Assembly (NCBI GenBank): GCA_047459655.1
Contig: JAJREF010000005.1
Span: 160,001-224,000 of the forward strand
Direction of reading: 5' to 3'
Source: Rhabdochlamydiaceae bacterium
Lineage (GTDB): Bacteria > Chlamydiota > Chlamydiia > Chlamydiales > Rhabdochlamydiaceae
Length of the DNA: 64,000 nucleotides
Below, piece after piece: positions 1 to 9,949 of the stretch; the first letter of the stretch is position 1; each line of letters opens with the position of its first letter. The position numbers and the translations under genes are program-made. A model generated the notes under the pieces. It was not told where the DNA came from. It ran no database searches and was given only the letters and a program-made list of their open reading frames with translations.

Positions 1-851
1 TCTTGTAAACCCATGGTTAACCTTGGATAAAATCTTTATCTTTTCTAGCGTAAGGCCCAAATCTAAGGTAGAGTCCTTCGGTACATAAGGAAACTCGTAA
101 AGCCCCCCCATCACTTTGCCTAACTGCTCTTTTCGGACTAAGAGTTCCTTCTTGCAGAAGATGACTGCTACATCCCTACTCAGGTAGGTTATTTTAGCAG
201 GTTTTTTCTTTATTGGTAAAAGAAAGGCGCTGCCTTCTCCATAGGCAAGGCATTTTTCTTGTAAAGGACACTTTTCACACTTAGGTTTTTTTTGACAAAT
301 CTGGGCTCCTAGCTCAATTAAAGCCTCCATAAGGACCCAAGGCTCATCTTCGGGAAGAATAGAAATAACGGCATTTTCAAAAATTTTCTTTTTAGATGCA
401 TCTTCCCATATAGAGAAGAGGCGGGAGATTACGCGCACTACATTGCCATCTACAGCGGCTGCTTTTTGATGGAAGGCAAAGCTTAAGACAGCACCTACTG
501 TATAGGGTCCAAAGCCTTTTAGGGCCTCCAGCTGCTCTCTTTTAGAAGGTATTTCTCCTCGAACTGCTCTACAATTATTTTAGCTGTGGCATGCAGGTTT
601 CTTGCTCTTGAATAGTACCCCAACCCCTCCCACGCTTTCATCACATTTTCTAAAGAAGAGGCAGCTAAAATTGCCACGGTAGGAAATTTTTGCATCCATT
701 TCTCAAAATAGTTGATCACAACAGCGGCTTGCGTCTGTTGCAGCATGATTTCTGATATCCACACCCGGTAGGGAGAGGGATTCTCCCGCCAAGGGAGGGC
801 TCTTTTCTCTTCATTAAACCATTCTTTCAGGCTTTGGCACACTTCTTGCAT
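1..851 (-). CDS. mutY: A/G-specific adenine glycosylase, runs off the window start, frameshift near 540
   Basis: LPWRENPSPYRVWISEIMLQQTQ and WEGLGYYSRARNL motifs; a second frame continues GFGPYTVGAVLSFAF..AVDGNVVRV and a Cys cluster. Confidence 0.95.
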
Positions 852-910
852 GAGATCTAGCTACACCCCTCTCGTTTTCACTAAACGGAGATATTATACC
901 AGAGGTCTTT

Positions 911-1387
911 ATGATTAGCAAAAAGAGTCCCGCTTGGCTTGAAGTACACATACAACTGCAAGACTCTATGAGAAAAGAAATCGAAATTATGCGAGAAATC
1001 TTAGGCAATATGCACCAAGAGGAGTATTTTCTACTTTCAAATGACAAGGTTTCGAGGGATCACGTCGTGGAGGAGAGATCTCTTTTGCTAAAGCGTTTTA
1101 ACGACATAAGACAAAAAAGACTATTGGCCACAGAGACTTTAGAGAACTTATCTTTTCCTAATGCTGACCTTGAAAAAGCCTCTCTAGAAGAGTGTCTATT
1201 GCAAAGTGATGAAAATAGCTGTGAGACTTTGCTCCTCAGAGATCAACTGGTAGCCATTTTCAATCGTATAACGATGCAAAATTCCCGCAATCAACTTTTG
1301 TGCAAGCTTAGTCAGCATCAATCCTTGAGCGCTCCTAAGCCTGTGAAAAAAAGATCATCATTGAGACAATTCCTCGCAACTCGATAG
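911..1387 (+). CDS. hypothetical helical protein, weakly FlgN-chaperone-like
   Basis: 158-aa ORF with a coiled-coil pattern; precedes two glycerophosphotransferase-like genes. Confidence 0.6.
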   Translation: MISKKSPAWLEVHIQLQDSMRKEIEIMREILGNMHQEEYFLLSNDKVSRDHVVEERSLLLKRFNDIRQKRLLATETLENLSFPNADLEKASLEECLLQSDENSCETLLLRDQLVAIFNRITMQNSRNQLLCKLSQHQSLSAPKPVKKRSSLRQFLATR

Positions 1388-1395
1388 AATAAGGC

Positions 1396-2406
1396 ATGGC
1401 AAATGATATTAGAGCAGCAGGGTTAGTATATGGGCAGATGCTCCATCATCTTGATCATATAGGGCCTTTGTGCGCTCTCGTAGGCGTTCCTCTCATTGTC
1501 ACAGAAGAGGAGATAGCCGCTCTTGCAGAAAAATATTATCCAGGGCTAGAGGTCATCTACTGGGACTATCTTGAAACTCCTTTTAATCTTGTTCAGCAGT
1601 TTGATGCTATTTTTAGCTCTCTTCCCCGTCCTTTATTTGAGGACATTTTTTTTCTTGCCCAGCAGCTTGCGCGTAAGCAGGTGACCTCTATTTGGGTCCC
1701 TCACGGCAATTCCGACAAAGGTCATGCCTCTATTTTTATGGAAGGGCTGCAAAACGATCTGTATGCACTTGTATATGGAAAGAAGATGGTAGATTTTTTA
1801 AAAGAAAAGGAAGCCTTTCATCAGTTAAAATCGTGTATTACCATAGGAAATTTTCGCTATACGTATTACTTAAAAAACAAAACTTTTTACGACAATCTTG
1901 TCGAGCAAATCTTACCTAATGGTAAAGAAGTCATTCTCTATGCCCCCACTTGGAAAGACAAAGAAAATTCGACTTCTTTCTATGAAGCTTGTCCGATCCT
2001 CATTGATCATCTTCCAGAGCGCTATCATCTGATTGTTAAGCTGCACCCCAACCTGAATGACTCAGAAACAGATAGGCTGCTTTATCGTTATGAAAATACA
2101 CCGCGCGTTCTGTTTTTAAAAGAGTGGCCCCCTATTTATCCCCTTTTACAGAAAGCAGCCCTCTATATCGGAGATATGTCATCGATTGGATACGACTTTC
2201 TAATTTTTAATAGACCGATGTTTTTTCTCAATCAAAATAAGCGCCACCCTTCCAATGACAAGGGGCTATTTCTATATCAAGCAGGGGTTTCTTTACTTCC
2301 AGAAGAATATATGCACGTCTACACTATCATAGAGCGAGAAATTCAAAAAGATAAACAGCGCTTTCCCTCTATTCGACAGAATATGTATTCTTACACTTTT
2401 GCGTAA
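1396..2406 (+). CDS. CDP-glycerol glycerophosphotransferase (TagB/TagF-like) family protein
   Basis: PHG, ILYAPTWK, VKLHP and IGDMSSIGYDF..FNRPMFF motifs. Confidence 0.8.
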   Translation: MANDIRAAGLVYGQMLHHLDHIGPLCALVGVPLIVTEEEIAALAEKYYPGLEVIYWDYLETPFNLVQQFDAIFSSLPRPLFEDIFFLAQQLARKQVTSIWVPHGNSDKGHASIFMEGLQNDLYALVYGKKMVDFLKEKEAFHQLKSCITIGNFRYTYYLKNKTFYDNLVEQILPNGKEVILYAPTWKDKENSTSFYEACPILIDHLPERYHLIVKLHPNLNDSETDRLLYRYENTPRVLFLKEWPPIYPLLQKAALYIGDMSSIGYDFLIFNRPMFFLNQNKRHPSNDKGLFLYQAGVSLLPEEYMHVYTIIEREIQKDKQRFPSIRQNMYSYTFA

Positions 2407-2428
2407 GGTGAATTGATAAGGAGGATCT

Positions 2429-3484
2429 ATGCGTTTTGTGACTATTCATATGGGAGCTGACACCTATCTTGATCATTTAGGAGTGCTATCTATTTTGTTA
2501 GATATTCCAATGATAGTTACCGATCCAGAAACATTTCACGTAGCTCAGCGGTTTTATCCAAAGCTAAAATGTGTTCTCAAAGACCCGCTTGATTTATCGC
2601 TGCCATTTTTAGCTAACCATTACGATGTCATCCTGATGTCAGGACGTTTTCTAGCAGATGAAATGATCCCCCTTTTTGACCTTTTATTTCGTAAAAAAAT
2701 GCGGATGATCTATTGCCCGCATGGGAATTCTGATAAAGGTTATTCTTTACAAGATACACCTAGCCAAGATATTTCCCTTGTCTATGGACAGCACATGATA
2801 GATCTTTTACAGAAAATAGGAGCGTTAGAGAAGATCTCTTCATATGTTGTGACAGGTAATTTTCGGGCTCATTTTTATTTAGAAAACAAGTCTTATTACG
2901 ACTCCATCACTCACCAGTTACTAGGTCCTCACATAGATAAAAATAAAAAAACACTTCTATATGCTCCAACTTTTTCAGACAAGGAAAATACCTCATCCTT
3001 TTTTAGCAAGTGTGAGAAAATTATTGAAGGCTTACATCCAAACTTTAATCTAGTGATTAAGCTTCATCCTGGCTTAGAAGAGCAAGCTCTTGCGCATACT
3101 CACTACGTCAGAGAAAAGTACAAAAAAATAGAAAATGTTGTTTTTCTTTCATCCTTTCCTATGATCTATCCTCTTCTCAATTTTTGTGATGGATACCTTG
3201 GAGATTTTTCTTCCATTGGATATGATATGCTGTTTTTTAAAAAGCCGATGTTCTTTTTTGGATCAAATGCGGGTATTATTTATCGGTGTGGGCAGGAAGT
3301 TCCAGCAGATGGAGATATTCTATCGTTTATATTGGAAAATTGGGATTGGAATGTAACCCACTTTGTTTCTATTAGAAAAGAAATCTACAGCTATACCTTT
3401 GGAAGAAAGCAATCAGGGAAAGAGATGTTGCGAAAAATTAAAAGAGCCCTACTAAATCGTAGAGCTCTTGATAGAGAAAATTAG
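2429..3484 (+). CDS. CDP-glycerol glycerophosphotransferase family protein, tandem paralog
   Basis: PHGNSDKG, LLYAPTF, IKLHP and GDFSSIGYD motifs shared with the upstream gene. Confidence 0.8.
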   Translation: MRFVTIHMGADTYLDHLGVLSILLDIPMIVTDPETFHVAQRFYPKLKCVLKDPLDLSLPFLANHYDVILMSGRFLADEMIPLFDLLFRKKMRMIYCPHGNSDKGYSLQDTPSQDISLVYGQHMIDLLQKIGALEKISSYVVTGNFRAHFYLENKSYYDSITHQLLGPHIDKNKKTLLYAPTFSDKENTSSFFSKCEKIIEGLHPNFNLVIKLHPGLEEQALAHTHYVREKYKKIENVVFLSSFPMIYPLLNFCDGYLGDFSSIGYDMLFFKKPMFFFGSNAGIIYRCGQEVPADGDILSFILENWDWNVTHFVSIRKEIYSYTFGRKQSGKEMLRKIKRALLNRRALDREN

Positions 3485-3678
3485 TTAGACTGAGAAACTG
3501 GAGCTTCTGGAGCAACAGGAGTTTCTCCATTAGCAACTACTGGATTAGTTTCGTCTTTCTTTTCTTCGGGAACGGTAACAGCAACAGATGTTTCACAACC
3601 TGAGCATTCATTGGCAGTAACCAAAGAGCTTGTTCCACAGATAGCAGCTAGCAGTAACATCCAAACGTTCTTTTTCAT
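3481..3678 (-). CDS. small secreted protein (65 aa) with CxxC and an acidic Pro-rich tail
   Basis: MKKNVWMLLLAAICGTSSLVTA signal peptide, preceded by an AGGGAG RBS. Confidence 0.7.
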   Translation of the reverse strand: MKKNVWMLLLAAICGTSSLVTANECSGCETSVAVTVPEEKKDETNPVVANGETPVAPEAPVSQSN

Positions 3679-3778
3679 ACAAATCTCCCTTTTTGGTGGT
3701 TTTAAAAGAATGGCCTCATTTTTCCAAATTCCTTCATTTCTTGTCAACGAATCATATAAAAAAAATTGAGTTTAAAAA

Positions 3779-3808
3779 TTGACATTTATAAGAGGTCTTT
3801 CCTATACT
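3779..3808 (+). promoter_or_regulatory. putative sigma66/sigma70 promoter
   Basis: TTGACA-N18-TATACT about 37 nt upstream of the ATG at 3846. Confidence 0.45.
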
Positions 3809-3845
3809 TCTTCCTTTCGATGGGTCGTTTAAAAGGGAAATTGCT

Positions 3846-4592
3846 ATGCAATTAGTTACATATATGGGGGCTATGGCCCAATTCATGAGGAGAGCTCTTC
3901 CAGATCAAGACCTTTCTTTTAGAAATATTTGGGATAAATTTCGATATGATCTTGAACAAACTTATTTGAAAATTTCGCTTGCAGAGGCAATCATACAAAC
4001 ATCCGTGCTTCGGCCCGCTAATCTTTTTTCTGCAAATAATCCTTTTGTTCAAGAACTAGTCCGCTGTTTAGCTGTTTTCCAGGTGACAAAACCTATTTTT
4101 CAATTAATGAAAAGTGACTCTATTTCGGATTTTCTAGATGATTTAGAGTGTAAAGCAGGGAAAGATGCTATTGTTTCTGCCCCTCGATTTAAGGAAAATG
4201 GCCTTTTACACATTTTACAGTTATCTTCCATATTTGTTAAATTTTTTGTAGATTTTGCTGTTGGCTTATCTTTTCTTGGTAAGAGAGGGCTGCTTGGTAG
4301 AATTAATGCTTCATTCCCAGAGGATGGATTTGCTTTAAAAAACGGCGCATCACTGCTGTTCCATTTGGTTAATATCTACATGAGAGCCGTTCCTTTAAAA
4401 GAGTTTGAAGTCTTAAAAAGCAAGCAGATGTATAATAGGGAAGCTATAAACGTTTTAAGTTGGTTTGATTCTTCCGTTAAGGCCGTTGCTTTGGGGTGTA
4501 TGTTCTTGGAAAGGAGAAGCGTTGGTGGTCAACCGTTAAAATTTGCTGCTATAGCTTTTTATGGAGTCAGTGTGGTGTCTAAATGGTGTTAA
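3846..4592 (+). CDS. hypothetical protein; may extend to about 4660 via a frameshift
   Basis: 248-aa ORF with hydrophobic segments and no recognised motif. Confidence 0.65.
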   Translation: MQLVTYMGAMAQFMRRALPDQDLSFRNIWDKFRYDLEQTYLKISLAEAIIQTSVLRPANLFSANNPFVQELVRCLAVFQVTKPIFQLMKSDSISDFLDDLECKAGKDAIVSAPRFKENGLLHILQLSSIFVKFFVDFAVGLSFLGKRGLLGRINASFPEDGFALKNGASLLFHLVNIYMRAVPLKEFEVLKSKQMYNREAINVLSWFDSSVKAVALGCMFLERRSVGGQPLKFAAIAFYGVSVVSKWC

Positions 4593-4734
4593 ATTACTGG
4601 GTTGAAGCAGATTGTCAAATGAGTAGTCGCCGATTTTATGAGCACCATCTTGATGATTGAAGATGGTAGTTATAAACGCAGATTCACTTAAATTTAGGGA
4701 AACGTAGGTGTGTTTTAGCTGTATGAAAGCTCAA

Positions 4735-4807
4735 GGGGTGTTAGCTCAGTTGGTAGAGCGCAACGATGGCATTGTTGAGGTCAGCGGTTCGATCCCGCTA
4801 CACTCCA
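4735..4807 (+). tRNA. tRNA-Ala (GGC)
   Basis: GGGGTGTTAGCTCAGTTGGTAGAGCG, anticodon loop ATGGCAT, GGTTCGATCCC T-loop, acceptor end CACTCCA. Confidence 0.96.
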
Positions 4808-4820
4808 TTTTTAAGACCTA

Positions 4821-4848
4821 TGAACCTGAATTTTGCAACTACCTCAGA
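4821..4848 (-). repeat. half copy of the GAGGCAGTTGCAAAACTC palindromic element family
   Basis: reverse complement TCTGAGGTAGTTGCAAAATTCAGGTTCA matches the left arms at 38782 and 51074. Confidence 0.7.
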
Positions 4849-4851
4849 TGT

Positions 4852-6513
4852 CTATTCACTTTCTAAAAGATCTAAGAAGGCGTGTAGCTGTTTCGAGCGT
4901 GTGGGGTGGCGCATTTTACGGAGCGCTTTTGCTTCTATCTGTCTCACTCTTTCTCTTGTCACTTTAAAGCGAACGCCGACTTCTTCAAGGGTTTTTGGTT
5001 TCCCGTCAAGGAGTCCAAATCTTTCAATGAGGACGGTTCTTTCTCTTTCAGTGAGAGTGGACAAGACTTCTCCCATCTTATCTTTTAAGATGGCATAGCC
5101 TGTTGCTTCAGCAGGAGATTCTATAGTTGTATCTTCTAGAAAATCTCCAAATTGGCTTTCTCTCCATCTCCGACTTCAGCTTGCAAAGAAATTGGGTGCT
5201 GCGCAATTTTATAGATCTCACGCACTCTTTCGGGTGTTAAATCTAGCTCAATTGCTAATTCTTCAGGAGTAGGCTCTCTGCCGGTTTCCATCATGAGCTT
5301 TTTAGCGCCTCTGAGGACCTTGTTGATTGTTTCAATCATATGAACAGGGATGCGGATGGTGCGAGCCTGGTCAGCAATAGCTCTTGTGACAGCTTGTCTA
5401 ATCCACCATGTTGCATAGGTGGAAAATTTATAGCCTCGGCGGTACTCAAATTTTTCTACTGCTTTCATAAGGCCCATATTTCCTTCTTGGATTAAATCAA
5501 GGAAAGAAAGGCCTCTATTTGTATATTTTTTTGCAATCGAGATAACAAGACGTAGGTTGGACTCTACCATTTCTCTTTTTGCTTCTTGGCTCTTGTCCAT
5601 CCAGCGTTGTAGCATGCGGACGTCTTTTTTAAACTCGTCGAGCGTTCTTCCTGCGGCTAGCTCGCGTTTGCTCAATTTGCGTTGGACGGCGAGAAGTTTA
5701 GCAGCTGCAAATTTGTTTTTTTCTGCTCTTGGAATCAACTCTTGCATCTCTTTTTCTAAGCTTAAAAATCTGTCATAGGCAGTGAGAATCACTTCGCCGA
5801 AGTCTTCGATGATGTTATGGCGAAGATGCATTTGACGTAGGTAAGCTTGTGTGCGGATTCTGCTCTTTTCGAGATTTTCTAGGATTTTAGACTTGTCGAG
5901 TTTTTTTAGATTTGGATCTCGGAGCTCGACTAAATAATTTTGTAAGACAGCGTCTTCCTCTTTGAGGAGGTTGCATAATTTTAAAAGGATGGTCAGGTAA
6001 TGGGCCTTATCGGTCACTTCTTTTTCAGAGATAACCTTATCGAACCTTTCTTTATTCGTGATGAGGTAGTTGGCAATTGAAATGGCTTCTTGTCGAGTAG
6101 CGGAAACGGAGAATGATTTTTTCAACTTGGATCTGAGCTTTTTCAATTCTCTCGGAGATCTCCACTTCTTCTTCTCGAGTTAGAAGTGGAACAGATCCCA
6201 TTTCTTTCAAATACATCCGCACAGGATCGTCTGATGTGCCTTCTGTTCTTTTTCCAAGGCTTTCGATTTCCTTTGCTTCTTTCTTACGCTCCTTTTGGCG
6301 TTCTACATCTGCTTGGTTTTGAACTTGAATGTCCATTCCGCTCAAGAAAATCAAAACCTGATCGATTTGCTCGGGTGAGTCAAACGTCATTGGTAAGATT
6401 TCGTTGATTTCTTCGTATGTGATGTAGCCTTGTTCTTTGGCTAGGGATACCAGCTCTTCAACTTTTTGTTGATGCTGTTGATTAAAAATGTTTGAAAAAT
6501 TACCTTTACTCAT
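4852..6513 (-). CDS. rpoD: RNA polymerase major sigma factor (sigma66), two frameshifts
   Basis: [36 protein letters not shown] and [15 protein letters not shown] motifs spread over three ORF pieces. Confidence 0.97.
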
Positions 6514-6561
6514 GCAATTTCTTAATCATCCAATGATTATTCAGTTAAAGTCAAGAGGTCT

Positions 6562-7338
6562 ATGCAATTATACGCTCTACACAAGCAAGTTCCCATACTC
6601 GCCCAAGCTGCCTCAAAAAAACAACACTACCAGTGTCCCGAATGCGCAAGTCTTGTTCAAGTAAGAGGAGGCCCTCATCGTCAGCTTCACTATTTCCACG
6701 TTCGCAAAAATAGGCACTGCCGCCAACACTCTAAAAGTATAGCACATTTAAAAATCCAGCTCCACCTTAAATCCTTAATTCCTGAGGTTACTCTAGAGAA
6801 ATCTTTTCCTGCCATCGGCAGAATTGCAGATGTTGCATGGGAAGAAAGAAAAATTGTTTTTGAAATACAGTGCTCTCCTATTTCTAAAGAAGAGGTGGAA
6901 AGTAGGTGTAGAGATTACGAAAAAGCAGGCTACACTCCTGTTTGGATTCTCTATGCCAAACGTTTTAATAAAAGAAATTTAACGGCAGCAGAAAGCTTTT
7001 TAAGGAAAAGACCCTGTTTTTTTGCCGATGGTTTTAAAATCTACGACCAGTTTGAAATTATTCACAGGGGAAAAGAGTTCTTGCGGGGCCCGCCCCTAGT
7101 CGTCTTGCTCAACCAACCTCTTTCTAAGATCCCTTCCTTGACAAGCCCTCCTTTAGCAGTCTCTGTCAGAGCGTGGCCCATCTCTTTTCAAGGAGATCTT
7201 TTACACAGGCTCTCTGAGGGAACCCTTCCCCACCTAAAATATTTAGAGAAAAGATTTGCTAAACATTCCACCTTGTTTAGTTGGAAAGGTTTCTACCGCG
7301 AGCTTTTTTATAACTTGCTTGCCCGATTAACTCATTAA
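6562..7338 (+). CDS. CoiA-like competence nuclease family protein
   Basis: CPEC..HYFH zinc motif and RIADV..FEIQCS PD-(D/E)xK motif. Confidence 0.85.
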   Translation: MQLYALHKQVPILAQAASKKQHYQCPECASLVQVRGGPHRQLHYFHVRKNRHCRQHSKSIAHLKIQLHLKSLIPEVTLEKSFPAIGRIADVAWEERKIVFEIQCSPISKEEVESRCRDYEKAGYTPVWILYAKRFNKRNLTAAESFLRKRPCFFADGFKIYDQFEIIHRGKEFLRGPPLVVLLNQPLSKIPSLTSPPLAVSVRAWPISFQGDLLHRLSEGTLPHLKYLEKRFAKHSTLFSWKGFYRELFYNLLARLTH

Positions 7339-7787
7339 AGATGAGCGGTATTTGAGGATCCAGAAATAGCCCAGGAGCCCGAGAATAATCAGAGCATTAA
7401 AACATTTTTTGGAGGGGAAGGATTTTTCTAAAGAAGATATGGCAGGGTTTTTATGACTATACCATACAACCCAGCTGTGTTGTTTTTTTTGTGCCACTCC
7501 TTGTTCAGCAGAGGGACGATTTAAATAGTAGGGTTTTGAAAAAATCATTTGTCCATTCCACTCTTTTCCCTCTAAAGAAAAGGTGTTAAAAGCTTCGATA
7601 GCTAGCTTGGAGGGGAATATTCTACTATTTTCCATGTATTCACTTGGACAGCGGTAGCCCGATCGAGTTGTGTGTAAGAATAGAGCGCGACCCCGCTACA
7701 GAGCAAAACCAGCCTGCAGCTAACCCGACAATCATAAATAAGACCTTGAACATATCTCCCCAAAACAGGTAGAATACAGCTCATCAA
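7327..7787 (-). CDS. hypothetical membrane protein, probably one gene split by a frameshift
   Basis: overlapping ORFs 7602-7787 and 7327-7635, each with a hydrophobic segment. Confidence 0.5.
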
Positions 7788-7807
7788 TATTTATTTCAGG
7801 TTAATTT

Positions 7808-8101
7808 ATGTCAGAAGAAAAAAAAGTAAGTGAAAAAGGTCTCAAAAAACGTACTCCTTCAGCTCAAAAGAGGGATCTACAGAACGAAAGAAAAAAGCAT
7901 CACAACCACGGTTTAAAAGCCAAAGTTAAGACGGCGATTCGTGCGTTCGAAGATTCTGTGACTGCTGGCAACAAAGCAGATGCGAAAAAGCACCTCAATC
8001 TCGTCTACAGCTTGATGGACAAAGGCGTTAAGACAAACTTGTTCAAGATGAACAAGGCGTCTAGAGCTAAATCAAGACTTTCTGCACGCGTTGCAAAATA
8101 G
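7808..8101 (+). CDS. rpsT: 30S ribosomal protein S20
   Basis: SAQKRDLQNERK..KTAIR..DKGVK..NKASRAKSRL. Confidence 0.95.
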   Translation: MSEEKKVSEKGLKKRTPSAQKRDLQNERKKHHNHGLKAKVKTAIRAFEDSVTAGNKADAKKHLNLVYSLMDKGVKTNLFKMNKASRAKSRLSARVAK

Positions 8102-8110
8102 ATCTTCTTA

Positions 8111-8163
8111 GAGCCAGTTGCAAAACTCGAGATTCGATAGAATCTGAGTTTTGCAACTGTCTC
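8111..8163. repeat. palindromic element between convergent genes; may also act as a terminator
   Basis: GAGCCAGTTGCAAAACTC / GAGTTTTGCAACTGTCTC 18-bp arms with one mismatch, plus an inner AGATTC/GAATCT stem. Confidence 0.85.
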
Positions 8164-8164
8164 C

Positions 8165-9103
8165 TTAGGCTAGCAGAGTTTTCCAATCGATTGTTCCAAT
8201 TACAATTCCGAGCATACAGAGAATGTTGGCTTTCCAGTTAACTTTCTCTTTGTATAGCCATTGCCCCCAGAGATTACAGAGTACGATGATCGTGATAGCA
8301 AAAAGTGGATAGATCATCGCATGTTCAAATGAAGTAGCAACTTCTGTACTCCAAATCATAAAAAATGTTCCAATTCCGTTAGCAATACCTCCAAAGATCC
8401 CATAAATAACCTCCCCTTTATAGAGTTTTCTCTTCTCTTTGGAGAAGATGAAGGATTGGATGACAAAAGCAGCGCAAAAGGCCATTGGCATGAACCATTG
8501 ACTTTTTACATCATCGGTATCAAAAGAAAGAAGGAGTCCGTTGGCATCTGGGAAATTGATAAAAAGAGCTCGCCAGCTTAGAAATACAAGAAAAATCACG
8601 TGGAGAAAAAAAGCGGCTGTGACAAAACTCACCCAGTTTGCTTTTTTTTCACCACTCCCTCCTGTTTGCCACCCTGCCCAAAACAGCCCTAGTAGTACAA
8701 TAACAGATCCAAGGGCATGCCATAGGGTATAGAGATATCCAAAAGCGCTTCCGAAGCAACAGGCCATGACAATACTTGGCATCACGGTTGATCCGTTAAG
8801 CGCCGCAAAAGTAAGTCCTGGAGGGCCTGTTTCTAGCGCTCTTCCCAAACATGCCATCATGAACGCTAAAACAATCCCTCCTGCAACTCCAAATAAAGCC
8901 ATGCTCGAGCTCCACTGGTAATTGCCACTTCTAACGGGATTGAGTAAAATTGCAATCAAAAACACTAAGAAAAACTGAATCATCAAGAAAGCTTTGGTAG
9001 ATCCTCCTGAATCAATACTTTTACGCATACAGTAATTCGATGTTGCGACAAATAAACCAGCTAAGATCATGAGTTCTGTTCCAAGCATGCAATACCTCTC
9101 CAT
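8165..9103 (-). CDS. EamA/DMT family transporter
   Basis: about 10 hydrophobic helices in two repeated halves. Confidence 0.75.
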   Translation of the reverse strand: MERYCMLGTELMILAGLFVATSNYCMRKSIDSGGSTKAFLMIQFFLVFLIAILLNPVRSGNYQWSSSMALFGVAGGIVLAFMMACLGRALETGPPGLTFAALNGSTVMPSIVMACCFGSAFGYLYTLWHALGSVIVLLGLFWAGWQTGGSGEKKANWVSFVTAAFFLHVIFLVFLSWRALFINFPDANGLLLSFDTDDVKSQWFMPMAFCAAFVIQSFIFSKEKRKLYKGEVIYGIFGGIANGIGTFFMIWSTEVATSFEHAMIYPLFAITIIVLCNLWGQWLYKEKVNWKANILCMLGIVIGTIDWKTLLA

Positions 9104-9130
9104 TACAAGAGGAGAAGTCTATTATTTATT

Positions 9131-9949
9131 TTAGCAAGATGCAAGAAAAATCGAGGAGTCTATTTTTTGGACGTTGATGATAGGATAGGAGAAAAATTTT
9201 TCACCTAGCAAGGGGAATTTCTCGGGTGCATCGGAGACGTAAAAATCGTAGGTGGGAGGTGTCATAGAAACACGTAAGAGGTGTAGGTTTGTGAGGTGCT
9301 CTTTGACGGATTGCGCGCATCCTATAGCAGGATCGATTAAAGAAACAGGATGGGGAAAGTAGTTTTGGATTTGTCTAGATAAAAGAGGGAAATGGGTACA
9401 CCCCAGCAAGATAGTGTCAGCAGAGGTGAGAGATTGTAGGTACTCATGGATGGTTAATGCGGTTAAGGGGTGATCGATGAAACCTTCTTCGACCAAGTTA
9501 ACAAAGAGTTGACAAGGGATCCCGGTAATATCGATATGGTGACATTTTTCTTGGATCAATTTTTGATAAATCCCTGATGTAATGGTTGCACGAGTTCCAA
9601 GAATTGCCACTTTTTTTGCATGAGGAAGAAGTGCAATTTGTTCAACAGCTGGATGGGTAACACCTATAACAGGAATAGGGAATAGTTTTTGGAGCGTGTC
9701 AAGAGATAAGCAGCAGGCTGTATGGCAAGCTACGACGAGTAATTTGATATTTTGCGCGATGAGAAAAGAAGCATTTTCAATGGCGTAACGAAGGACAGTC
9801 TCTTTGCTTTTAGTTCCATAGGGGATTCTAGCGGTGTCGCCAAAGTAGACAATGTTTTCAAAGGGAAGGGCTTCCCGGATGGTTTTCATGACAGTCAGGC
9901 CCCCAAAACCTGAGTCAAAAATTCCAATGCTCTTATCTGAGTGGGGCAT
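9131..9949 (-). CDS. murI: glutamate racemase
   Basis: IGIFDSGFGGLTV, ACHTA and LGCTHFP motifs. Confidence 0.95.
   Translation of the reverse strand: MPHSDKSIGIFDSGFGGLTVMKTIREALPFENIVYFGDTARIPYGTKSKETVLRYAIENASFLIAQNIKLLVVACHTACCLSLDTLQKLFPIPVIGVTHPAVEQIALLPHAKKVAILGTRATITSGIYQKLIQEKCHHIDITGIPCQLFVNLVEEGFIDHPLTALTIHEYLQSLTSADTILLGCTHFPLLSRQIQNYFPHPVSLIDPAIGCAQSVKEHLTNLHLLRVSMTPPTYDFYVSDAPEKFPLLGEKFFSYPIINVQKIDSSIFLASC

Noticed and set aside
4735..4848. prophage or island integrated at tRNA-Ala or tRNA-Ser
   Set aside because: No integrase and no duplicated tRNA 3' end were seen, and core genes follow directly.
4852..6513. rpoD, and likewise dnaB, argS and polA, as pseudogenes or programmed frameshifts
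   Set aside because: These are essential single-copy genes with otherwise intact sequence, and indels occur window-wide, so sequencing error is the simpler explanation.
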